From Octopus vulgaris (lineage: Eukaryota): 248,000 nucleotides of DNA. The notes under the pieces were generated by a model, which made no database searches, was not told the DNA's origin, and saw only the letters and a list, made by a program, of their open reading frames with translations. The stretch is taken from assembly GCA_951406725.2 (NCBI GenBank), contig OX597824.1, positions 32,260,001 to 32,508,000 of the forward strand. The letters are read 5' to 3'. A program made the position numbers and the translations under genes. The first letter of the stretch is position 1. Every line of letters starts with the position of its first letter. This document shows positions 41,622-55,676 of this stretch, piece after piece.

Positions 41622-44600
41622 CACAGAGGAGGGTGTTCTGAAAAGTTCCTGGCTTTAAGTGTACCGCGAAAGGTCTGGCTGGAGGCCCAACCTTCCAAGT
41701 TCTTTTGCAGGGCTTAGAAAAACGGAAGGACAGCTGCAATGAGTGTGTGAATCTGAGAATGAATTATGTTAGGTAACATCATAATTAACTGATCCTCCTG
41801 TATTTTCTCTTATCCAAAGCCAGGAACTTTTCAGCAACCTCTCGTAGTTCCAATTCCGCCGAGGTCGACTTTGCCTTTCATCCTTTCGGGGTCGATAAAA
41901 ATAAGTTCCAGTTACGCACTGGGGTCGATGTAATCGACTTAATCCGTTTGTCTGTCCTTGTTTGTCCTCTCTGTGTTTAGCCCCTTGCGGGTAGTAAAAA
42001 AAGAAGTATTTCATCTGTCTTTACGTTGAGTTCAAATTCTGCCGAGGTCAACTTTGTCTTTCATCTCTTCGGAGTCGATAAACTAAGTACCAGTTACGCA
42101 CTGGGGTCGATGTAATCGACTTAATCCATTTGTCCTTGTTTGTCCCCTCTGTGTTTAGCCCCTTGTGGGTAGTAAAGAAATAGGTATTTCGTCTGTCTCT
42201 ACGTTCTGAGTTCAAATTCCGCCAAGGTCGACTTTGCCTTTCATTCTTTTAGGGTTGATAAATTAAGGACCAAGTTGCGTACTAGGGTTGATCTAATCGA
42301 CTGGCCCTTCCCCCAAATTTCCGGCCTTGTGCTTAAAGTAGAAAAGAAGTTTCAAAAAAGTTTATATTGATGCAAACACAACCAACACAACCACAAACAA
42401 CATAAAATTCGCCTATATGTACATGCACAGACACCCGCAGCATAAAAAGCTATTGTCCTTGAAAAAAAAAAGAATGAGAAAAGCATTACGGCACATCGTC
42501 TGCCAACTACAAACACATATGTATGATATTATTTTCTGTGTTGTGACCATGTATTTGGTCTATATTGTGATCCTTTGTGACGCTTTGTGACCATTTTGAA
42601 CCGTTTCTCTTATGGTTGTGAAAATTTTGCCCTTATGGTTTCAATAATGTTTATAAACTGTAATTGTCTTTGTTGTTTCAACTGCTAATTTTTTACTGCA
42701 TATTTTCGTTTCGTTTGCGGTATGACAAACTCACTGCAACGAGACTACTGTAACGAGATCCCGACTGAGATTTGAACCATGGCTCTCAGATTTTCCTAGT
42801 CTAGAATCACGAACTAATGTATCTCCATAAAAGGAAAAGTATCGCCATAAAAACGTTTTAACACTTACGTGAATATGGCTCGGCTAATCGTCTCTGGCTG
42901 ACTCATTATGGTTGAGGCAGCGATCTTCATAAGAAATACGTGTTTTACCCGCCTAACAGTTGGTATAACTATGAATTTTTGAAAATATTTAAATGTAATT
43001 TTTACCATGCTATTTCTTGGAGAACATCCAAAAATAAACATTTTGATACCTCATTTATGAAATTTGGACAAATATTTTAGGAAATATGACCACATGAATG
43101 GTAAACAAATTGGTTGAAGTTTTGGTTAATTTGCCTAAATGATTAAGTTGCTATATTTGAAACTAAGGTGATAATCATCTTAAAATCACACAAATTAATA
43201 GTGACCAGGGTATAGTAGTTGCCTATTTTTGTTTTTTCTGACTCTTGGAGAGAAAACTTCTTTTGGCAATATTTTAGATATGTTTACGTAAAGCCTATTT
43301 TGTTACGTGTAACAAATGGTCGATTTTGCAGTGTTTTCAGACCTAGCTAAATCCAAAATAATTATAAGTCACAAGAACTTGAATTTTGGCACGTTTGTAA
43401 CAGGTACGAACACTAGCGTAGCGGGGTGGAGGCTAACGTTTCTTATTTCTTTATTGCCCACAAGGGGCTAAACATAGAGGGGACAAACAAGGACAGACAA
43501 AGGTATTAAGTCGATTACATCGACCCCAGTGCGTAACTGGTACTTAATTTATCGACCCCGAAAGGATGAAAGGCAAAGTCGACCTCGGTGGAATTTGAAC
43601 TCAGAACGTAACGGCAGACGAAATACAACTAAGCATTTCGTCCGGCGTGCTAACGTTTCCGCTATCTCGCCGCCTTTAACGACCCACTTAATGTCACTTC
43701 TAACAACTCACACCTCTACGCATATACTACTACTCTTCAATCTTTGACCTGCTATCTCTTGACACTGAGCTTTCATGAGTCATGAAACCGGCTTTTGAAA
43801 ATGTTGTGTGACCACAGAGAGAACAAGTAAGAGTATATCTAGACCTTCTGTTATACAGTTGTCCAACGACCTGCAGTTTTCGGAAGTTACCTTTTACTTT
43901 TGGAAAAGCAATTTGATTTTTCCCAAACTGCTAGCTATTCTTTCTTTTTACAGCCACCATTCACTTTTCTTCATATAAACTACATGGATTAAAGTACTGA
44001 GAAATCAAACTTTAGTACAGTCTCGTCTTCACACGCAACCTACAATATGCATAGCCCAAGAAGACTATATAACTAGCCATCACATTAAACGCCAATGAGT
44101 TTTCTAAATCTATAAAACAGTCCTTGGACGAAAATTGTATGCACATTTTACTTTGACGGTTAATTGCGTGATGAGGATGAGACCCGCGATGGTTAAAATT
44201 CGCAAGCTAGAAAGATGTGGTTGTTATGGCAAAAAGAGTGATTTTTTTATCGATTGAAGGGGGCCCAGAGCCCCTCTAGGTTTGTGCAATTGACTTTTAA
44301 TGCCCAACGGCATGCACTGCAGGCTGTTGTGCTTAATAAACATACATTTTGTTGCGACATTCCGGCTGCTAGGAAACGACGATTTTAATAAAATTTTCGT
44401 TTTTTTTTTTTAATTCTTCATTTTTAAAATGTGGCCCGAGTAGACCGGGTTATAATACTAGTCAGCTATATTTTTATATCGTTGTGTGAGTAGTTTTATG
44501 GGTGTGGTTTATGTGCAATCTGTGGCAATACTAATTACTGGGTCTTCAGCTATACTTCTATTTCCTTGTGCGACTGGTTTTATGGGTGCGGTTTGTGTAC

Positions 44601-45715
44601 AATTTGTGGCAGTGCGAATTACTCTTTCGAGAAAATTACATTTTATTAATGTTTATGGTATATTTCCGAATGACTGCGGCTATGTTAAGGCACCGCCAGT
44701 GAAACCTAGTCTGGTACTTATTCCATCAGTCTCTTGTGTCGAACCGCTAAGTTACGGGGAAGTAAATGCATCAACACCAGTTGTCAAACGGTGGTGCGGG
44801 ACAACACACACACCATATTATATATATATGTATATATATATGTATAATAATAATAAATGCGCCCTTTTAAAGCCTAGCCAGGCTCATGGGCCCGGTTTCC
44901 CGGTTTCCATGGTGTATGTGTTCCCCAGCTGGATGGGACGCCAGTCCATCGCAACGTTACTCATTTTTGCCAGCTGAGTGGACTGGAGCAACGTGAAATG
45001 AAGTGTTTTGCTCAAGAACACAACGCATCGCCCGGTCCAGGAATCGAAACCACAATCTTACGATCATGATGCTGACACCCTAACCACTAAGCCACGCGCC
45101 TCCACATATATATGTATGCATGTATGTATGTATGTATGTATGTATGTATGTATGTATGTATATATGTATGTGCGCACACGTACGTACGCATACACGCACA
45201 CACGCACACACACACACACAGACGCATACACACACACACACGACGGGTTTCAGTTTCTATCGACCAAATCTACTCACAAAGCTTTGGTCAACTCGAAGCT
45301 ATGGTGAAAGACACTTGCCCAAGGTGTAACGCAGTGAGACTGATTCCAGAACCATGTTGTTGGGAAGAAAACTTCTAAGCTCACAGTCACGCCTGCGTCT
45401 CACCAGTTCAGTTAAATGTCGTCTAAGTGGAATTGACGAAGCTTTAAGTTAATACTATGCAGAATAGACACAATAATAAGAAAATTATATACCCTACAAA
45501 AGTCTCCAGAACAACTGTCTAGGAGTGGCTGTGTGGTAAGTTGATTGCTTACCAACCACATGGTTCCGGGTTCAGTCCTACTGCGTGACACCATGGTCAA
45601 GTATCTTCTACTATAGCCACGGGCCGACCAGAGCCTTGTGAGTGGATTTGGTAGACGGAAACTGGAAGAAGCCCGCTGTAATATATATATATCTATATAT
45701 ATATATATATATATG

Positions 45716-45755
<40 letters not shown>

Positions 45756-48716
45756 TTGTCTCACCAACATTGCTTGACAACCGATGCTGGTGTGTTTACG
45801 TTAGAACAAGTACTAGGCTTACAAAGAATAAGTCCTGGGGTCGATTTGTTCGACTAAAGGCGGTGCTCCAGCATGGCCACAGTCAAATGACTGAAACAAG
45901 TAAAAAAAAAAAAAAAAGAAGAGTAAAGCCGTTTCAGTGCAGTTGCTTCTCTCTCTGCTTTCTTTTGTTTTTAATCGGGGAATTAACTCGAAGTGATGCC
46001 ATGTAGACAATTTGTTGTAAGTTATCAAATTTGATCGAATTCATTGAAACAGGCTTTCAAGGTTCCATGAGATTTAAACGTTTACTGATCGTTAGTAACG
46101 ATTTCATTTATTGAAAAAATACATTATTTACTTTGTTGACATACTTCGGTTTTTACTCAACACAATATTTATATAAACGGTTCGATTATGTTTTGACCAT
46201 CATTCATTCTGTGTAATAAAGCCCTACTTCTTGTCACTTCCAACAACTCCCCTCTACATATATTCTTTTCTACTCTAGGCACAAAACCCGAAATTTTTGT
46301 GGAGGGGTCAGTCGATTAGATCGATCCCAGTACGGAACTGGTACTTAATTTATCGACCTCGAAAGGATGAAAGGCAAAGTCGACCTCCCACAACGCATAT
46401 ATTACCGCTCTTCAAGCTCTCAGTGAAGATGCATGCTCAGTGGTCAGAGAATCGGGCTTACAATCATGTGGTTGTAAGTTCGATTCCCGGACCGGGCTGT
46501 GTGTTGTGTTCTTGAGCAAGGTACTTTATTTCACGTTGCTCCAGTTCACTCAACTGTAGAAATGAGTTGCGATGTCACTGGTGCTTTGGATAATATTAAT
46601 GGCGTGGAGATAGGATACTGGCATGAATGGGCGACTGCTGGTCTTCCACAAACAAGCTTCCCCGGACTCGGAGGGGAACTTTCTAGGTGCAATCCCATGG
46701 TCATTCGTGACCGAAGCGGAGTCTTTACCCGTACCTTTACCCTCAATCTCTTGGCGTATGAACTTTCATGGATGAAACCGGCTTTTGAAAATGCAGTGCG
46801 ACCACATCTCTAGACTTCATACCATACAGTTGTTCAACGACCTGCAGTTCAATTTTTTTCCACACTGCTGGCTATTCTTCCTTGCTATAACAGCTATTCA
46901 CTTTTGTTCGGTGAGAGATGTTCCAAACAATCTTAGCGGCATTTCGTCCGTCTTTACGCTCTGGGTTCTTATTTCGCCGAGGTCGATTTTACCTTTCATC
47001 CTTTCGGAATTGATAAAATAAATATCAGTTGAGCACTGGGTCAATTGACTATTCCCCCACCCCAAAATTTCAGGCCTTGTGCCTATAATAGAAAGGATTA
47101 TTATCATTCAATTTCATCGAAATCAAATATATTTCCTTTTTTGCTCTGTGATTCAATGTTTTTTTTTTTGTGTTTTTATTTTGCAAGCTTTACAAAATGA
47201 AAATTTGTTCTATGGAGTTCTCGCCAAGAAGGATTTTATTTATCTGTGGATGTCTGCTCTTGACGGCAGGAAGTTAACGAGTAAAGGTTTAGTTTGTTTT
47301 TACAATATTACAGGATATTCATAAATTATCTTTACAACTTCCACAGTTTATTGTATCTATTAAAGTTGAAAACTATCTCCCAATTTCTAGGCAGCCAGTG
47401 GAACCCACTAAGAAGTGTTCTGATGCTTCTAATAAAACTTAATTTGTCCTTCTGTATTTTCCAATGAACTCTGACTCTCTTTTACTCTTTTACTTGTTTC
47501 AGTCATTTGACTGCGGCCATGCTGGAGCACCGCCTTTAGTCGAGCAAATCGATCCCGGGACTTATTCTTTGTAAGCCCAGTCTCTTTTGCCGAACCGCTA
47601 AGTGACGGGGACGTAAACACACCAGCATCGGTTGTCAAGCAATGCTAGGGGCACAAACACAGACACACAAACATATACACACACATACATATATATACAT
47701 ATGTACGACAGGCTTCTTTCATTTCCGTCTACCAAATCCACTCACAAGGCATTGGTCGGCCCGGGGCTATAGCAGAAGACAATTGCCCAAGATGCCACGC
47801 AGTGGGACTGAACCCGGAACCATGTGGTTGGTAAGCAAGCTACGTACCACACAGCCACTGCTGCGCCTATGAGTTATTATTTTCCCTTCTTTTTCTCTTC
47901 TGAATTTCTCAAATTGAAGAGGTAATTTATGGACATTCTGTAAACTTTCTTTCATATTTTGATGACAATTTCTACGTCAAAATACCAACTGAATAAGCTG
48001 CACGATGTACGTGGATACTCTGTTAAAAGGCAGAAAAATGCAGTATTCGTCTAGGGAAAGCCTTTTTGTGTTAAAAACCACAAAATAATATCGCTATCAG
48101 ATAAAAAGCGTCTAGTAATAGCAGCAGAGTTGTTAAACTAAGATACCTGCTTCTTTGAGTACCACCAGTAGCAAGTATCTACTTGCAGCTGTATGCTTAG
48201 ACAAATTTAGCCTCTATTAATATAGAAAAACAATAATTAACAAATCATTGGTGTCGCAAATAACCGGCCAGCAGGCTAAAAATTCGTTATTAGCGACGGA
48301 AGCAAAATTAGTTCAGAATAACATTCTGTTTATTTTACTTAATATAGCTACACTGTAGAAAGTTATAGAACGTCGATATTCGCCTCGCGAAAGAATCTCC
48401 TATGGACGTATAGTGCTAAAAACCCACAGAAAGTCCATTCTTTTGTTAAAGACTAAATATCATACCATACGGACATACGCGCAATCATTATTATAATAAG
48501 GATCATTGTTAAATCCTTATTATTACGCGCGCGTGCGAGCGCATGTGTTTGTGTGTAATGTATTTATAAAATTTAGTTACTATTCGGTTTGAAGCTTTCA
48601 TTTTCTTTTGAAGCCTAGACGACGCAACAAGAAAATTGGACCTCGAACTTCTTAAAATCGTATCCTATTATAAAATGAATGACATGAAAATAACGGTTAT
48701 AATTTTATATACATAA

Positions 48717-49110
48717 CTAGCAGTATCGCCCGGCGTTGCTCGGGTTTGTTTCGACCCTTTAGAATTAGAATTTTTGAAAAGTAAAAATTTTGCCTTATGT
48801 AGCTTGTTATTCTCTTTAAGTGAACATTTTCCTGGTTGAAATACACCGAAAAATGGCGACACAGCAGTAAAAAAATCGTAAAAAATAGGGATTTTCATAA
48901 AAAAAAGCACGTTTTTGATGTAGATAATTTTTGGTGTTAACATGGTCCAATTTTAATTTTTTTCTTCTGCAGAAGGAAGAGCAAGCCTTCTTCTATCATA
49001 CTCTCAATTTTGGTCAACTTGCGCCGCAGGGTCTCGGAGGAGATAGTGTTAGTTGAAGGTTACCAAACCTGCCACACACAGACAACTTCAGCTTTATATA
49101 TGTATAGAGA
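48717..49110 (-). mobile_element. Non-autonomous Helitron (same family as 85335-85727)
   Basis: CTAG/hairpin terminus; internal sequence nearly identical to the 85.3-kb copy. Confidence 0.75.
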
Positions 49111-49262
49111 GATAAACGCATCATATATAATTATGACGTTTTATAATGTAAATCTAACAAGTTTAAAACTTCGCTTTTTATACATTTGAAGTTAAAAAAA
49201 AATATGAGTGAATAGGAGGAATTAATTTGTTGGAATATATTTCCTCATTTCCTACAAGAACT

Positions 49263-49655
49263 ATGTCTGCCACTGAAAACGTTGACTCTTCCTCTGGATT
49301 TGAGACTAAAGGTCATAGACTGGAGGTAGATCTCACTGATGTTTTCGGAATTCGTGTCGGAAATAAAAATCAGTTATTCACATTCTATCCTGGATCAATT
49401 TCTGACGGAAAACTATCAAGAGATTCTAGTGACATCACCATCAATAGTGACTCCACTTCGCTTGATATAAGAAATATTGTAGATGAAATAAAAGAAATTA
49501 AAGCAAACATGGTTACAAGGTCCTGCTATTGTAAGCTGAAAGAAGAAAACGAATGCTTGCATCGAATGATTCACGCTTTGAAAGATTCAAACGAGCAAAT
49601 ATTTCGTAAAATTGCTAAAGAATTATTTGAACTCAAACAACGAGGTACAATGTAA
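49263..49655 (+). CDS. Orphan ORF, 130 aa from ATG 49263, with a C-terminal coiled-coil-like segment
   Basis: Non-repetitive open frame 49227-49655 (MSATENVDSS...KELFELKQRGTM*). Polypyrimidine acceptor ttcctacaag ends 4 nt before the ATG. No family recognised. Confidence 0.4.
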   Translation: MSATENVDSSSGFETKGHRLEVDLTDVFGIRVGNKNQLFTFYPGSISDGKLSRDSSDITINSDSTSLDIRNIVDEIKEIKANMVTRSCYCKLKEENECLHRMIHALKDSNEQIFRKIAKELFELKQRGTM

Positions 49656-50000
49656 TCAAAGACAACTATTTAACTCAGTACAACAGAGAATAATAATTTC
49701 TCTAAGTCCAGTCGAATATTTAAACATTTTATTTGGTTAATATGTCATCTTCCTGTTTCGATTTCAAGATGACACCGTTTCACTTTACATTCTTTATTTA
49801 GAAAAGATATGAATACCACAGCATCTTATTTTCTTCTCTCCTAAATTAAGAGACAATAAATACAAGTTTTAAGATTTAAAATATGCTAATGATTTCTTTA
49901 CTTAAGGGATATTCCAATTCTGATACAAATTTTGATTAACTAACACAAGGGCAAAGAAACCTTCATTTCGTGTGTTCCTTTATTCTTTTATATGTCCATA

Positions 50001-50165
50001 TAGGCGCAGGAGTGGCTGTGTGGTAAGTAGCTTGCTTACCAACCACATGGTTTCGGATTCAGTCCCACTGCGTGGTACCTTGGGCAAGTGTCTTCTACTA
50101 TAGCCTCGGGCCGACCAAAGCCTTTTGAGTGGATTTGGTAAACGGAAACTGAAAGAAGCGTGTCG

Positions 50166-50255
<90 letters not shown>

Positions 50256-50480
50256 GTGTGTACATGTTTGTGTAGCTGTGTATGTCACACACCCCAACAT
50301 CACTTGACAACCGATGCTGGTGTGTTTGCGTCCTCGTAACTTAGCGGTTCGGCAAAAGAGATCGATAGAATAAGTACTAGGCTTACAAAGAATAAGTCCT
50401 GGGGTCGATTTGTTCAACTAAAGGCGTTGCTCCAGCATGGCCGCAGTCAAATGACTGAAACAAGTAAAAGAGTAAAAGAG
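50001..50480 (+). mobile_element. Representative of SINE family B (taggcgcaggagtggctgtgtggtaag...aagtaaaagagtaaaagag) with internal (TA)/(TG) microsatellite; many copies
   Basis: Other copies at e.g. 47485-47870, 68705-69130, 78715-79120, 89945-90425, 117295-117700, 228340-228725. Confidence 0.85.
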
Positions 50481-52504
50481 TATATATTTTTCACACGAGC
50501 ATAAATACTTTAGCTCGAAATTCCAGATCTATTGGGAGAAATAAATAAATTTGAGGTGTTCATATATTTTCCAAATACAGTAAAAGCAAAAAATAAAGTA
50601 AGTCTTCTGGCCATTACTGTCTCAAGTCTTAGGACTCATGGGGGACAGCTACTCAGTTCCCATGGTGAATGAGTGGAGTCACAACATTCACTCTGAACGG
50701 AATACAAGTTCATGACAGGGTTACTCACTTATAGCAGAGTGGATTGGAGCAATGTGAAATGAAGCGTTTTGTTCAAGAACACAAAGCATCGCCTAGTCCT
50801 GGAATCGAAGCCAAAATCTTACGATCATATGAGCAACAGCCTAATCATTAGGTCACTTGCTTTCACACCGAATAGAGTATCCGCACAACAAAGCACTTTC
50901 AACTGGTTTTCGAAACGGAATTCGGAATGATGTGGTCGAGAACCTTGTACCGCTTGACGGCGCTCCCTGCTACAAATTTTTACATGAAGAGTAATGTTGA
51001 TGATGATGATTATCACTTGCCATAAACATTAATACTGGGAAATTGAATCCCGTCTATTCATTTACATCCGTGGTTTCCAAACAGCTTCGTGCTACCGCCC
51101 TCTTGACACCAAAGCCACATTCCTAGTCCCCTCCTCCACTCACCACCACAAATGTAGGCTACTTTCTGCAGCAAATTCAAAACAATTGTATTTCATAAAT
51201 AAAATCTGACCTAAACGACCCATTAATTTGTTGTATTTACATTCATCGGCCCCTTTTAGTTAACCCATTACTGCCCCACTTTTCTTCAACGTCCCCACGC
51301 TGAATCTTTCCAATGCCCCCTGGGAGGCAGTACCGCTCATCGGCGAAAGTGATCGATAGAATAAATACCAAGCTTAAACAGAAAGTACTGGGATCCATTC
51401 GTTGGACTAAAATTCTTCAAGACGGCAACCTAGCATGGCCGCAGCCCAATGACTGAAACAAGTAAAAAGAATAAAAGAAATAACCGTTTACAGAAACACA
51501 GAATGAACTAAACAGAATAAGAGACACATGGGATGGAGAGTCGTTGAAGAGGTCACAAGCTGAGGGGGTTTTCAATCAAAAGACACTAAACTAAGAATAA
51601 TAATCATTTCTACTAAAGGTGCAAGGCCTGAAATTTGCGGGGACGGAGCTAGTCGATTAGATCAACCCCAGTACGTAACCGGTACTTAATTTATCGACCC
51701 CGATGAAAGGCAAAGTCGATCTCGGCGGAATTTGAACTCAGAACGTAGCGACGGGCGAAATACCTATTTCTTTACAACCCACAAGGGGCTAAACACAGAG
51801 AGGACAAACAATGACAGACAAACAGATTAAGTCGATTATATCAACCCCAGTGCGCAACTGGTACTTATTTAATCGATCCCGAAAGGATGAAAGGTAAAGT
51901 CGACCTCGGCGGAGTTTGAACTCAAAACGTAGTGGCAGACGAAATACCTATTTTTTTACTACCCATAAGGGGCTAAACACAGAGAGGACAAACAAGGACA
52001 GACAAACGGATTAAGTCGATTCCATCGACCCCAGTGCATAACTGGTACTTATTTAATTGACCCCGAAAGGATGAAAGGCAAAGTCGACCTCGGCGGAATT
52101 TGAACTCAGAACGTAACGGCAGACGAAATACCGCTAAGCATTTCGTCCAGCTTGCCAGCTCACCGCTTTTAAAGTAAGAATAACAACAGCACACAGAGAG
52201 CGCAAACCTCCGCCAACGCAACACCAACATCCTCTCACTGATTAACCGGAGATGATTTTTAAGATGAGAATATCTGAAATAAAATCGACTGCTCTCACAA
52301 ACGAGAATACTAAAAAATTACTCGATCGCTTTCAAACGGAAAAACAATTCAAATATATATATATATATTGAGTGAGATGTGAAGGGAGAGAATATGAAAT
52401 ACCAATACAGAGATTGTCACGCATTTACTATCATAAGATTCACGGCAGAGTGAGCCATAATTATCACTGTGCAAAAGTTGCCAGATTTTAATTTTGTATT
52501 CTCA

Positions 52505-52561
<57 letters not shown>

Positions 52562-52574
52562 TAATAATGATAAT

Positions 52575-53280
52575 ACCAAAAACATGTAATGAAAAGAAAT
52601 ATTACAAGTAACTGCAGAATATGTGGAGATGGACAAGAAACAATAAATCATATTATCTCTAGCTGCCCAGTCCTGGCTAAGAAGGAATATATTCACAGAC
52701 ATGACAGAGTTGGAACCTACATACATTGGAAGCTATGCCAACATTATGGAATAACAACAGAAAAAAGATGGTATAGGCACACACCAGAAAAGGTCACAGA
52801 AAACGAGAAAGCAACCATACTCTGGGATATGCCGATACACACAGACAGAGAAATTAAGGCCAACAGACCAGATATAGTTGTCAGAGACCATGGAGGAAAA
52901 AAATGCTTTCTAATTGATGTATCAATACCGGCTGATGACAACGTGTCTCTAAAAGAAATGGAGAAACTCTCAAAATACAAAGACCTGGAAATAGAGGTAA
53001 CTAGAATGTGGAATCTGAAAACAGAAACAATTCCTATCATAGTAGGTGCATTAGGCATGATAAAAAAATATTCAGACAAATACATAACAAAAACACCAGG
53101 ACTTACAAACACATATAACATACAGAAAATTGCACTACTAGGCACTGCACACATCCTACGCAGAACACTTTCCACACAATAACCATCAGAGCATCACAAC
53201 AAATCACAGCACATACCCAAGGCACACAGAGCTGCGCTCTGTAGTGAAGTGAAAGCACGCTATAAAAATAAAACTACTGA
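52575..53280 (+). mobile_element. 5'-truncated Dong/R4-like non-LTR retrotransposon (CCHC finger + restriction-like endonuclease) inside a (TAA)n tract
   Basis: ORF 52589-53182: CRICGDGQETINHIISSC, RHD, RPDIVV...LIDVSIP, KLSKYKDL; (TAA)n on both flanks. Confidence 0.9.
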
Positions 53281-55676
53281 ATAATGATAATAATAATGAT
53301 AATAATAATAATAATATTGGTGCCAACATACACCGGAAAAGGTAATGGACAAAAATGGGAAGGCAAAAATCCTCTGGGACTTTGATTTCCAGACAAAGTG
53401 TTCAAATTCCTTAAACAACCCATATTCAGGGACCTTTTGAACAGGATGGGTTACTCGACCAGAAGAAAATTCTAACTGGGCCCCACCTGTAAGGTCATAC
53501 GCTGTTTATCTTGATATGAGATCACCATGTCGCGCACATATGGTTGTGATGCATGTACCTAGTGTACCCTTATCAGACGGGTAATCATGATAGGTATACT
53601 GGGCTTCGTATATTTTACCCCAGTGTCACTTTGATGGCATGCACTGCTCTCTCATGATAACAACAACAACAACAATAATAATCATTCCTACTACATGTAC
53701 AATGCCTGAAATTTGGGGAAGGGAGATAATCGATTACATTGACCCCAATACTCAAGTGGTACTTATTTTATCGACGCCGAAAGGAATTTATGGGGCCATG
53801 GTTCAAATCATTCCCTTCAGCCATAGTTCTTCGCCTTTATTGAACCAGTTCTTTTCAGTTCATTCGTCAACAGATATTCCCATATATTCTATTTGCTCCA
53901 AACGTATTTTTCTTCAGAGATCCCTTCAATCATCCACTGACCCTTTATCTGATGTTCCCCATATGAAAACTTTTTTTACTCTTCTTTACTACTGCCCACT
54001 TATCTATGACCTATTTATTGATCTCTTTTTAACGTCAAGGCTCATGGCTCAGTGGTTAGAGCGTCGGGCTCACAGTCATGAGGTAGTGAGTTCGATTCCC
54101 GGACAGGGCTGTGCGTTGTGTTCTCAAGCAAGACATTTTACCTCACGTTGCTCCAGTTCACTCAGCTGTAGAAATGAATTGCGACGTCACTGGTGCCAAG
54201 CTGTATCGGCCTTTGCCTTTTTCTTGGATAGCATCAGTGACGTGGAGAGGGGAGACTGGTATTGTTCAGACTTGTGCCTCGGAGGGTAAACTCCAAGGTG
54301 CAATTCTATGGCCATTCATGACCTAAGGAGTTTTTACCCTATTTATTGATATCTTTTAATAATGGTTGATAATGCGAGTTCATCAAACAGTTATTTAAAA
54401 ATGCCCCTACGACACTCATTTTCGAATATATTCAACATTTGTTTTATTGGTTTGGTAACTTACCAGCTTTTATCAGCCAAAAACAAAAAAAAATTGATGA
54501 TCGTATAACGAAGGCGTTACTCACTTTTGTTACTATTAGGCAGATTATATATTTCCTATTTCAATTGAAAGTCTATATCACCTTATCATCTTTAGATACG
54601 GAAATATCTAACGGTCCCACAACGGTATTTGAATGAATTTTTATCCATTCCACATAGGTCAGCTCCTCAAGATGATATGTGGATAATTCCTTAAAAACGT
54701 TAGATTTGATACCCTTAAAGTAATATTAGTATACACGTACAGAAGTAGTGAGGAGATGATAGCAAGCTGTGTCCAAACATTGCTAGTTTGCAAAATAAAA
54801 AATTTCTTAACATCAAGAGGAACGTTATTACCATCATCAAATGTTGATGGATAAGTCTGCTGTTAGCTTCATTTAATTGAATTATTTTTAATTTCAACTT
54901 ATATGATATTAATGCAATGGTTAATTTCTTTTGCAACAAATTATTTCGGATATACTTCCTCATGTTTCGAAGCAATTCAAAAAAATTTTCACCAAAATTA
55001 TTAAAGTACGAAACATAGTCGATGTTCTTTCCATTTCAAACGTGAAATCTTCGAGACCAAGCAATTTAGTATTGTTACTACAATAACTTTTACTTTGTAA
55101 TGCGTATACGACACAATGGCTAGGGAGCATTTAAAAAATGGGAGATAGCTCAATTGGAAATCCCATAAGATTCATAATAAAGTAACACGGAAGTTCATTC
55201 GATAACAACTAGTTTGGTGCCACGGGAGGAATTTCATTTATCAAAACCTCTTTAAAAAAGAAACCGATTGGAAACATTGAAATACTGGTTGGTAGTATTT
55301 TAAAACATGAATTTTGTTTTTAGAATTGATCTTTGAATAACATTTCTGTCTGCGGAAGCTGTTACTTCGTTTTGTAAAACAATAAAACGCCGAATGTGCA
55401 AAACTAAAACTTTCTCGTTGGAATTTCAGCGTCGAATTATTTGTCAAATGATACGTCAGATGTAACAAAAAAAAAAAAAAAAAAAAGAAACCTGCCGTAC
55501 TTTTCGGAATAGTTGTTCTACATAAGTCGGAATTTCTGCTTCTTTTTTTCTTTTAATAGCACATTTCAAAACAATGGAGATACGAGAAGCTGTTAAAACA
55601 AATTTAAATCCATGTTTTTCAAACGTTTCCTTGTTGCATTAGTTATGTCAAAAACCTGGTGTCAGTTTATATACAA

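Noticed and set aside
47188-47280. Plus-strand AG...GT segment or signal-peptide-like mini-ORF
   Set aside because: Its phase does not connect to the 49263 ORF, and the ATG frame stops after 26 codons.
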